From positions 1,345 through 65,344 of the forward strand of contig JAZTYG010000011.1 of assembly GCA_045636845.1 (NCBI GenBank): a stretch of DNA of 64,000 nucleotides, read 5' to 3'. Within the stretch, counting starts at the first letter, position 1; every line of letters starts with the position of its first letter. Position numbers and translations under genes: made by a program. This document shows positions 47,066 to 55,148 of the stretch, piece after piece. The notes under the pieces are model-generated. The model was not told the DNA's origin. It did no database searches and saw only the letters and a program-made list of their open reading frames with translations. The stretch comes from Candidatus Scatosoma sp. (lineage in GTDB: Bacteria > Bacillota > Clostridia > Christensenellales > Borkfalkiaceae).

Positions 47066-48699
47066 TAAACCACTTCAATCCCATCGGGGGCATTGACGGT
47101 GGTTTTTACTTCGCCGTTGTCCTGCAAGGTATGCTCTACCGTTACCACACCGCAAGCCGTCGGGAAGTTCACTTTTACATATTTCAAACCGCTTAAATGA
47201 GGGGTAATTACAATTCGACGCATACCTGCCCCCTCCGTTTTGATACCGGCAACCGTTTCCACAAGGTAAGGAATTACCCCTGCCGACCAAGCGTGGCAGA
47301 AGCTGTGACGGAAGCTCTTGTAACAGAACTTACCGTAATCGCCGTGAATATCCTTCTTGCCTTCTTGGGGCATTTCGTCCAAGCGTGTGCAATTATCCAA
47401 CCAGTCGAGGTCAAAATCTTCCCAGAAGGTCGTTGCACCTACGGACAACATACCACCGTAATATTCCTTCATCATCGAAAGCGCCGCTTCATATTCGCCG
47501 TAGCTTGCAACCGCCGTCAAGATGGGGTACGATTGGAAGGTGGAAAGTCCTTGCGCGCCGCCACGAAGCAGGGTTTCCTTCATCCTATCGTTGCCCATAT
47601 CCGCCCAAACGCCAAGTGCCGCGATTTGTTTATAAATCTGGATATCATAATCCTTTTTCGCAATTCTTGCAAGCACGTCATCACAAAGGGAAACGTCTTC
47701 GCCGAAATCCACAAGCAATTCTTTCAACGCCAAAACCGCTACCTTGGTAAGGTAGGCAACGCCTGCGAAGCGTTCTGCTGCACGTTGTTCGTGTCTATCT
47801 TCACCTGCCTGCACGCAAGAAGGCCAATCGATATAATTAAACGAATAGGACACCTTCCCGTCCTCCGCTACGCAGGGGGAAACAATTTGTTCCAAAATCC
47901 CTTTCGCATAGGGCATGTATTTGATGATTGCGTTTTTATCCCCACTCGCGTGGTATGCCTCGCGAAGGTTGATAAGCCACCAAAGGGAATAGGTAGGCAT
48001 ATTATTGATATACATCGGCAACGGAGATTGTTCCATCGAGAAGTCTAAACAATTCAAGGTTTCGGGGATATCCCCAAACAAGCAATTTGCCGCGCGCACC
48101 TCGGGATAAAGGTCACCGATCCACACCAAGCGGTCGCGTTTAATACCATCCCAAAGGTAACCATTTTGCAAGCAAAGGCGCAAGGTGTAAGCCGCCGTCG
48201 TCCAAATATCATTGACAAGCGCGTCGTCACATTCAAACGAGCCAACCTCTTCACGGGTATCGGTATCCACCGCCGCCACCACCGATTTCAAACCGATGGC
48301 ACTGTCCTCGCCGAGGGTGTCGATACGAAGGAAACGGAAACCCGTTTGTCCAAAGGTCATATCCGAGTAGTTTCTCAACTCCATCGTAAAATCGCGCAAG
48401 GAATGGTCGTTGGTCGCGCCGTAGCCCTCTTCCCCTTCTTTCAATTCCGCACAAACTTCCCCTACTGATTCACCAAAACGCAAGCGCACGTTGCCGTTTC
48501 CTCTTGCATAATAGGTCAAAATTCTTGCGCCACCCGAAAGTTCTTTGCCGAAATCAAGGATAATGTACGATTTCCCATTTATTTCACAAAGATTTGGCTC
48601 ATTCAAGCCGATTTGCAGGGGGGTTACCTGCATCAAGCCTTCTACATTTTTTACATTGCCTTGCGTAGCAATTACTTTTACCGCATAAGTATATTTCAT
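47062..48699 (-). CDS. (alpha/alpha)6-barrel glycosidase-like protein, GH78 (alpha-L-rhamnosidase)-like
   Basis: N-terminal beta-sandwich with RLRFGES..E and QTGFRFLRI. WDGIKRDRLVWIGDL resembles the DG.KRDR..W.GD motif of Bac_rhamnosid6H domains. No signal peptide. Substrate not inferable. Confidence 0.5.
   Translation of the reverse strand: MKYTYAVKVIATQGNVKNVEGLMQVTPLQIGLNEPNLCEINGKSYIILDFGKELSGGARILTYYARGNGNVRLRFGESVGEVCAELKEGEEGYGATNDHSLRDFTMELRNYSDMTFGQTGFRFLRIDTLGEDSAIGLKSVVAAVDTDTREEVGSFECDDALVNDIWTTAAYTLRLCLQNGYLWDGIKRDRLVWIGDLYPEVRAANCLFGDIPETLNCLDFSMEQSPLPMYINNMPTYSLWWLINLREAYHASGDKNAIIKYMPYAKGILEQIVSPCVAEDGKVSYSFNYIDWPSCVQAGEDRHEQRAAERFAGVAYLTKVAVLALKELLVDFGEDVSLCDDVLARIAKKDYDIQIYKQIAALGVWADMGNDRMKETLLRGGAQGLSTFQSYPILTAVASYGEYEAALSMMKEYYGGMLSVGATTFWEDFDLDWLDNCTRLDEMPQEGKKDIHGDYGKFCYKSFRHSFCHAWSAGVIPYLVETVAGIKTEGAGMRRIVITPHLSGLKYVKVNFPTACGVVTVEHTLQDNGEVKTTVNAPDGIEVVY
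47214..47233 (-). repeat. oriented 20-nt word, copy 6 (in the GH78-like gene, frame +2: EGAGMRR)
   Basis: Plus strand ttcgacgcatacctgccccc. Confidence 0.8.
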
Positions 48700-48709
48700 A
48701 AGAATCCTC

Positions 48710-51637
48710 TTATTCTTTTATAATCTTAAACGAACGAATTTGGAAGGGTCTAAATACAAGCTCCGTCCTCCCTTCGCCCATCTTTTCTTCTAACAAATCC
48801 ACTTCACAATCCATACGGTATCCCGTAGGCAAGGAAAGGGTCGCCTTTGCCGCGTTGCCCGTTCTTTCAAACATACGAACCACATAACCATCACCATCAT
48901 AGGTAGGTTTGAAGGCAGTAATTATCACCTGCGCGCTATCCACCGTAGGCATTTGCAAGGGGGTATCCCCATACAAGGCGCGCGCGTTGAACGCCCTCGC
49001 CCTATCATCTATATCTATGGGGTCAAAACCGCCGTCGTGAGGGTAGAATGCGTAGGAATAACGAACAAAATCACTCTCAATCGAAGGATATTCCGTCGAA
49101 CGGACAAGGTTGACGGAGATGATATTTTGTTTCGCCATAAAGCCGTTTTTCGTGTTGTTCAAAATTGCCAAGCCCTGCGTTTCGTTGGAGATATCAAACC
49201 ATTGCTGGCAGCACATTTCAAATTGCGCCGCGTTATGTTCGGTATCGTCCGTCGTCGGTCTGCCGAGGTAGCCAAACTGAATATCACTGTTTACCACATC
49301 GTTCCACGCCGTAGGCAGGGTCTCCGAACGAATCATATACCCATCATCCACCAAGCGTACCTCGTGCGTAATGTGGATAGCAGGCTCGTTTTTATGTATC
49401 AAAATTGTTTGCTCAAGCGTAGAATTTTTATATTCGTAATGCTGTACAACTTCCACCAAGTCGCCAAAATCACGCGCCTTAGAGGAAGTAAGGTTCATAT
49501 ACAATTCCGGTTGGTCACGGTAATCATCCTCGAAATCCCAAGAATCGCCCTTATCGATAAACACGCGAAGCTTATTCGCATTCGTTGCAGCAATTCTACC
49601 GTCCTTCAACGCAATACACTTAAAAGACCCGTCGGCGTCAAATGTAACGGTGTAATAGTTCGTTTCCACCTTATCAACGCCATCCAAAAGTGTCGGTTTT
49701 TCATACACCACAGGGGAAATCAAAGCCCCGTCACCTTTATAGTATAAGTACCCATCACCGCATTTTTCAAGCCTTACTACCGTTTCCTTAGACATATTAA
49801 CAAGTTTTTTCCCCTTGTCCGCAATAAAGGAAACGCCCTGCTCGTTTGCAAGATTTTCCAGCTTTTTCAAGATTTCCGCATACGCAATATCCGTTTCTTT
49901 ATATACCCTTTGAATGGACGAACCGGGTAAAATATCGTGGAATTGATAGAGGAGAACTTCTTTCCAAAGCTCGTCAATCGTCTTTTTATCCCCTTGTTTT
50001 CCTAAACAGGAGAGCAACGCTTCGTACGCTATTAACTTACTTTCACAATCACGGTTAAAATTCTTATTGTTCGATTGCGAGGTATAAGTCGCGCGGTGCT
50101 TTTCAAGGTACATTTCCCCTTTATAGGTGGGCAATTTTCTCCCCACCAAGCCGTCAAAATAGCCGTGCGCGGACGATTGCTTTACCTTGGGCAGATACGC
50201 AACGTTTTCCATACGGTTTAAGCGTTCCATCATCTTCACGGACGGGCCGCCGCCACCGTCGCCGATACCGTACACCATCATAAAATCTTCTTTTTGATCG
50301 ATGTCGCGTAAATTCGTTTTCCCTGCCATAACCGCGCGAGGCCCTGCATAGGAGTTGTACGTGCCTTCAGGGGGCATATGCACAAGCACGCTAGTACCGT
50401 CAAGCCCTGCCCAGTTGAACGTGTGGAAAGGGAATAAAGTACGGTCTGACCAAGAAATTTTGATGGTCATAAAGTAGTCCTGCTGGGACAGTTTCAAGAT
50501 TTGCGGCATACCTGCGCTGTAACCAAAGGTATCGGGCAGCCAACGTAATTTTACGTAATAGCCAAATTCCTCTTTCCAAAACTTTTGCCCGTATAATTCC
50601 TGACGGACAAGCGCTTCTTCGCAGGGCACGTTGGTATCATTTTCTACCCAACCGCCACCAACGGGTTCTAACCTGCCCTCTTTGGCAAACTGCTTAATTT
50701 CCTCATACAGCTTCGGGTCTAATTCCTTCATCCAAACAAGCTGTTGGGGTTGAGGTACAACAAAGTGGAAGTTAGGATAGCGTTTCAAAAGGTAAATGGC
50801 GTTGGCAAAGGTACGCTTTGCCTTGCGCTTGGTTTCGCGAATGGGCCACAGCCACGCCAAATCCACGTGCGCGTGTCCTACCGCCGTTACCTTGATATTT
50901 TCAAAGCCCGTAAGGGCGAACAATTCGTTGATAATCTCTTTCGCGCGCGGATAAACGTCAGGGGCGTTGTAGACGATCAAGTTCATTACCTTTCGCAAAC
51001 CGTACAACACCTTAATCTTTCTTTCTTCCTTGAAAGATGTGCCCAAGCAGTAATCGAACAGCATATCAAAATCGAAATACAGCTCCTGCATTTCCTTATC
51101 CTCTCGGACGATAGCCGCCGCTTCCAAGGTACAAACGTCCTTAAAATCCCCCAAAAGGTTATTCGAGGCACAATCGATATAAAGGTCGATATTCCCGTCC
51201 TCGTCTATCACGTGTTCATCCACGGGATAGTAGCGTTTGATAGACATTTCATTGCGGTATTCAAACACACGCGAGCCTGCCGTAAAGCCCTTGATTGCAT
51301 GGCCGTTTTTATCCACCAGCAAGCCTTCGCCGCCGCATGCAAAATCCAACATCAAATTGTTACGGTCGATATCTTTGTCAAGTTTCCCCGTCAAGTGAAA
51401 CCACGCGCAACCGAAATTTTGCGTGGACCAAACCTCGCCCTTTTTCAAAGGCTTAAATTCTAACGAGGAAATATCCTCAAAGGGAATGGGTTCATCCGAA
51501 TAGGCAAATTCCGCATTTAACGCCAAAACGTCCTCATGGCATTTTTCAAGCAATTCTCCGCCTAAAAATACCCTTAAACGGTTCCACTCTAACTCTCTAT
51601 CGTGTTGATCTCTGTGCTTAAATTCAAATTCCGTCAT
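48710..51637 (-). CDS. GH38 alpha-mannosidase (cytoplasmic type)
   Basis: AVGHAHVDLAWLWPIRET, WLPDTFGYS and YGIGDGGGGPS are classic GH38 motifs. The track starts at GTG 51646; ATG 51637 follows AAGGGTG by 6 nt. Confidence 0.85.
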   Translation of the reverse strand: MTEFEFKHRDQHDRELEWNRLRVFLGGELLEKCHEDVLALNAEFAYSDEPIPFEDISSLEFKPLKKGEVWSTQNFGCAWFHLTGKLDKDIDRNNLMLDFACGGEGLLVDKNGHAIKGFTAGSRVFEYRNEMSIKRYYPVDEHVIDEDGNIDLYIDCASNNLLGDFKDVCTLEAAAIVREDKEMQELYFDFDMLFDYCLGTSFKEERKIKVLYGLRKVMNLIVYNAPDVYPRAKEIINELFALTGFENIKVTAVGHAHVDLAWLWPIRETKRKAKRTFANAIYLLKRYPNFHFVVPQPQQLVWMKELDPKLYEEIKQFAKEGRLEPVGGGWVENDTNVPCEEALVRQELYGQKFWKEEFGYYVKLRWLPDTFGYSAGMPQILKLSQQDYFMTIKISWSDRTLFPFHTFNWAGLDGTSVLVHMPPEGTYNSYAGPRAVMAGKTNLRDIDQKEDFMMVYGIGDGGGGPSVKMMERLNRMENVAYLPKVKQSSAHGYFDGLVGRKLPTYKGEMYLEKHRATYTSQSNNKNFNRDCESKLIAYEALLSCLGKQGDKKTIDELWKEVLLYQFHDILPGSSIQRVYKETDIAYAEILKKLENLANEQGVSFIADKGKKLVNMSKETVVRLEKCGDGYLYYKGDGALISPVVYEKPTLLDGVDKVETNYYTVTFDADGSFKCIALKDGRIAATNANKLRVFIDKGDSWDFEDDYRDQPELYMNLTSSKARDFGDLVEVVQHYEYKNSTLEQTILIHKNEPAIHITHEVRLVDDGYMIRSETLPTAWNDVVNSDIQFGYLGRPTTDDTEHNAAQFEMCCQQWFDISNETQGLAILNNTKNGFMAKQNIISVNLVRSTEYPSIESDFVRYSYAFYPHDGGFDPIDIDDRARAFNARALYGDTPLQMPTVDSAQVIITAFKPTYDGDGYVVRMFERTGNAAKATLSLPTGYRMDCEVDLLEEKMGEGRTELVFRPFQIRSFKIIKE

Positions 51638-51672
51638 AAAACACACCCTTAAAATTATAAATAATTTTAAAT

Positions 51673-51701
51673 ATTATACCATCTTCCCTATACAGTGTCA
51701 A
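51673..51701 (-). promoter_or_regulatory. promoter of the GH38 / GH78-like / tilS / hpt operon
   Basis: Minus strand TTGACA (51701-51696), 17 nt, TGgTATAAT (-10 at 51678-51673), full consensus. Lies directly after the upstream terminator. Confidence 0.65.
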
Positions 51702-51731
51702 TAGTTTAGCAAAAGTTTTCACCCACCGCAT

Positions 51732-51758
51732 AAAAGAAAAACACCCGTTGTCGGGTGT
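51732..51758 (-). terminator. intrinsic terminator after the double-phosphoesterase gene
   Basis: Minus-strand ACACCCG-ACAA-CGGGUGU followed by UUUUCUUUU. 17 nt after stop 51775. Confidence 0.7.
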
Positions 51759-51774
51759 CTTTCCTATTCCACGC

Positions 51775-54700
51775 TTAGCTAAGCGCAATGTCTTTCAAAT
51801 AAAGGGTATTCCCTGCGTAAATATTAAAGGATAATTCGGTACAAGCCTCCGCAAAGTTAGAAATGTCCACCGTGAAGGTTTGCCATACACCAAGCTGCAA
51901 GCGAACCGCATCATCATCCGCCTTGTCGCCTACCTTAAATTGAATGTATTGTTTATTGCCATTGCTAGCATCTACGAGTGCGCCGGGAAGTCCATTGATC
52001 GAGCCGTTGTCGGGTTTTACACGGAGAGCGAACGGGTTCAATACGCCCGTACCAACAGCATTTTCCATATACAAGCTGAAGGTAAGGGTCGTTTTACCTT
52101 TCAAGAGTGCCGTATTGATAAACAACTTGCCCTGCGAGTTTGCCGTAACTGCATATACGTTTTGACCGTTAAATTCAACCGCCTGCGCCGTAACTGCGCC
52201 GTCTGCGTACATTTCCGCAGTCGCTACGTTTACACCGCCGTATTGCAAGCCGTTTACCGTAACCTTTTTATACTTCGTCCAGTCAATTTCACCGTTTTCA
52301 AAACCACAGTAATAGTTGTAGCAATCTTCAATTGCGCCATTAGCTTTCGTAAGCACAATTACCGTACCGCCTACCATCGATTTAGAACCCGTTGCCTTTG
52401 CATAACCGCCGTCCACAGTACCATCGCCGTTCAACCAGTTATAACGGTCATATTCGCTCGATTTCAAGCCGTAGGTGAAACGGATACCATCATACACAAC
52501 GCTTACGTTGTTGCAATGTTCGTGACCTACGAAGATAGAGTCAACACCCATGTTCTTCATGGCATTGTAAACGGTTTTAGAAGTATCCCAAGGACCTTTC
52601 ATTTGTCTGCCGATATAACCAAAGTCGGTGTCTGCAACCCCTTCCATCGTATCAAGGTTGATGTTTTGCATCTTTTCGTTTTGGTTAAAGCCGTACTTTG
52701 CGTACGCCTCGCCAAACACCGATTGCTGAATGTGATATGCAAAGGAAATCTTCACATCGGGCGCATACTTTTTCAAGGTCGTAATTTGTTCGGTGTACCA
52801 GTTGATTTGATCCGGCTTAAAGCCTGCAAAGTTATAAAGAACTTTACCGCTATCCTTATCTGCTTGGGTTGCATTGCCGCAAGCGTTACTATCCATCATA
52901 TAGAATACGCGAAGAAGCTCGCCGCCTTGCGCGATACCTACCGAATAGTTACCATTCCCCGACACATTATTTTGTTCAAAGTAGCAATATTCGGAAGCTT
53001 CCAACTGTGCACACTGCCAGTCAACCCCCTTTGCACTTTCGTTATCGTGGTTACCAAATACAGGCGACCAAGGAATTTGGAAACTGTCCATAAAGTTGAT
53101 AAACGAGGTCAAAGCCGTGCCTGCATCGTCAAACTCACCGTAAATAACATCACCCGTAATAATGATAAAATCGGGGTTGGTTGCGGTGATAACTTCCGTT
53201 AAGTAATCAAAGCAACGTTCGTCCATTTTATCCGTTGCCCAAAGGTTCTTATCTACGCCGTCACGACCGGGGCGGGTTTGCGCAGCGTCAATAATCTGCG
53301 TATCGGACAACTGCAACACAACAGGGTTGCGGCCAACGGGAACTTCTACCACGAAATCGGGAATTTCCATCACCGATTCGGGTACATCGGGTTCGTATAC
53401 GCTCCAGTCAATTTTACCATCTTCAAAACCGCAGTAGTAGTTGTAGCAATCCTCAATCACGCCGTCTTCATCCGACAACACGATAACCGTACCGCCGATG
53501 AGAGGGGTATTGTCTTTCGGCATTTCATAGCCATACGCCCCCTTCACAGTACCGTCCGAAAGAAGGGCATTATAACGGTCGTATTCACTCGACTTCAAGC
53601 CGTAGGTAAAGCGAATACCTTCATATACAACGCTTACATTGTTGCAATGTTCGTGGCCCACGAAGATGGAGTCAACGCCCAACTTCTTCATGCCTTCATA
53701 TACCTTATAATCGGTATCCCAAGGCCCTTTCATTTGTCTGCCGATATACCCAAAGTCGGTATCCGCAACACCTTCCATCGTATCAAGGTTGATATCTTGG
53801 TATTTGTTGCCTTGGTCAAAACCATACTTTTCATACGCATCCGCAAATACCAACTGTTGAATGTGGTATGCAAACGAAATTTTCACATCGGGCGCATACT
53901 TTTTCAAGGTCGTAATTTGTTCGGTGTACCAGTTGATTTGATCCGGCTTAAAGCCTGCAAAGTTATAAAGAACCTTACCGCTATCCTTATCCGCTTGGGT
54001 TGCATTGCCGCAAGCGTTACTATCCATCATATAGAATACACGAAGAAGCTCGCCGCCCTGCGCGATACCTACCGAGTAGTTACCGTTACCCGACACATTA
54101 TTTTGTTCAAAGTAGCAATATTCGGAAGCTTCCAACTGTGCACATTGCCAGTCAACGCCCTTTGCGCTTTCGTTATCGTGGTTACCGAATACGGGCGACC
54201 AAGGAATTTGGAAGCTGTCCATAAATTCGATAAACGCAGGCAATACCGTACCGTTATCGTCAAATTCACCGTAAATCACGTCACCCGTAATGATGATAAA
54301 ATCGGGGTTGGTTGCGGTGATAACTTCCGTTAAGTAATCAAAGCAACGTTCATCCATCTTATCCGTTGCCCAAAGGTTCTTTTCTACGCCGTCACGACCA
54401 GGGCGGGTTTGCCCTGCGTCGATGATTTGCGTGTCGGATAACTGCAGCACGATGGGGTCGCGCCCAACGGGTACTTCTACCACGAAATCGGGAATGTTCA
54501 ACACCGAATACAAAATGGTATCCGCTTTATTAATCTTATCCGTACCCGCCTCGTCTGCGAAATAGCTGCTGCAATAATTACAGGTCCAGTGTTCTAACAA
54601 GCCGTTTTCTCTGCCGTTGATGGGATAACCTTCATGATGCGTAAGGTCGTGCGGCGCTTTTGCCAAGGTTACATCGGACAATTTTACCGCCTGCGTGCAA

Positions 54701-55101
54701 GCCTCATCTGCAAAGCTCGTTGCACAAGTCGAACAGGTCCAATGTTCTAATCTACCGCCGGAAATACAGGTAGCTTCAATGCCAGCGGTGTACTTCAAGG
54801 TATGTTCCAGCTTCGCCTTCGTAACCGCATCCAAGGTCGTTTCCTTCTTACCCATCGCGTCCTCGAAAAGCGCGCCGCAGGTACACTTGTAGTATGTTTC
54901 ATTACCTTCCATAGCGCAGGTCGCTTGGCGTTCGGATACGCGCACCATAATATGCTTGTGTTCGCCGCTTGCTTCGCTGTCTACGCTTTCGATTTGCGTA
55001 CTTTCACCCGACGTACCGCCGCCCATCAAAGCCGACAAATCGCACGCGGACAAAGCGCATACGCTCATCAAGCCCAACAATAAACCGATAATTTTTTTCA
55101 T
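51775..55101 (-). CDS. lipoprotein with 3 Cys-rich repeats, two tandem metallophosphoesterase (purple-acid-phosphatase-like) modules and a C-terminal beta-sandwich
   Basis: The track starts at TTG 55119; GGAGG lies 6 nt before ATG 55101 (MKKIIGLLLGLMSVCALSAC, lipobox LSAC). Each module carries LQLSDTQ, ITGDVIYGEFDD, FGNHDNES, AYHIQ, VGHEHCNN. The C-terminal ~155 aa are CBM-like. Confidence 0.8.
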   Translation of the reverse strand: MKKIIGLLLGLMSVCALSACDLSALMGGGTSGESTQIESVDSEASGEHKHIMVRVSERQATCAMEGNETYYKCTCGALFEDAMGKKETTLDAVTKAKLEHTLKYTAGIEATCISGGRLEHWTCSTCATSFADEACTQAVKLSDVTLAKAPHDLTHHEGYPINGRENGLLEHWTCNYCSSYFADEAGTDKINKADTILYSVLNIPDFVVEVPVGRDPIVLQLSDTQIIDAGQTRPGRDGVEKNLWATDKMDERCFDYLTEVITATNPDFIIITGDVIYGEFDDNGTVLPAFIEFMDSFQIPWSPVFGNHDNESAKGVDWQCAQLEASEYCYFEQNNVSGNGNYSVGIAQGGELLRVFYMMDSNACGNATQADKDSGKVLYNFAGFKPDQINWYTEQITTLKKYAPDVKISFAYHIQQLVFADAYEKYGFDQGNKYQDINLDTMEGVADTDFGYIGRQMKGPWDTDYKVYEGMKKLGVDSIFVGHEHCNNVSVVYEGIRFTYGLKSSEYDRYNALLSDGTVKGAYGYEMPKDNTPLIGGTVIVLSDEDGVIEDCYNYYCGFEDGKIDWSVYEPDVPESVMEIPDFVVEVPVGRNPVVLQLSDTQIIDAAQTRPGRDGVDKNLWATDKMDERCFDYLTEVITATNPDFIIITGDVIYGEFDDAGTALTSFINFMDSFQIPWSPVFGNHDNESAKGVDWQCAQLEASEYCYFEQNNVSGNGNYSVGIAQGGELLRVFYMMDSNACGNATQADKDSGKVLYNFAGFKPDQINWYTEQITTLKKYAPDVKISFAYHIQQSVFGEAYAKYGFNQNEKMQNINLDTMEGVADTDFGYIGRQMKGPWDTSKTVYNAMKNMGVDSIFVGHEHCNNVSVVYDGIRFTYGLKSSEYDRYNWLNGDGTVDGGYAKATGSKSMVGGTVIVLTKANGAIEDCYNYYCGFENGEIDWTKYKKVTVNGLQYGGVNVATAEMYADGAVTAQAVEFNGQNVYAVTANSQGKLFINTALLKGKTTLTFSLYMENAVGTGVLNPFALRVKPDNGSINGLPGALVDASNGNKQYIQFKVGDKADDDAVRLQLGVWQTFTVDISNFAEACTELSFNIYAGNTLYLKDIALS
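52234..53364 (-). repeat. intragenic tandem duplication, unit 2 (phosphoesterase module 2)
   Basis: See unit 1. The protein segments IPDFVVEVPVGR[DN]P[IV]VLQLSDTQIIDA...KISFAYHIQQ are almost identical. The C-terminal third of each unit is more diverged. Confidence 0.85.
53365..54495 (-). repeat. intragenic tandem duplication, unit 1 (377 codons, phosphoesterase module 1)
   Basis: The IPDFVVEVPVG codons start at 54495 and again at 53364, an offset of exactly 1131 nt. Roughly 500 nt of the units (about 53871-54360 vs 52740-53230) differ at only a few percent of positions by eye. Confidence 0.85.
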
Positions 55102-55148
55102 CTTATCCTCCAAATGCAATTCATTTGTTTTTTATTAAATTATTACAA

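Noticed and set aside
36623-47233. Interpreting the 20-nt word simply as the Chi site of AddAB.
   Set aside because: Known Chi sequences are 5-8 nt (B. subtilis AGCGG, L. lactis GCGCGTG, E. coli GCTGGTGG). None is contained in the word. It is kept only as one of several hypotheses, not as a call.
55104-55125. Hairpin CAAATG-caatt-CATTTG between the two phosphoesterase genes as a terminator.
   Set aside because: It is an AT-rich 6-bp stem with no U-tract on the minus strand, and it overlaps the GGAGG RBS of the downstream gene. It is more likely incidental or a translational element.
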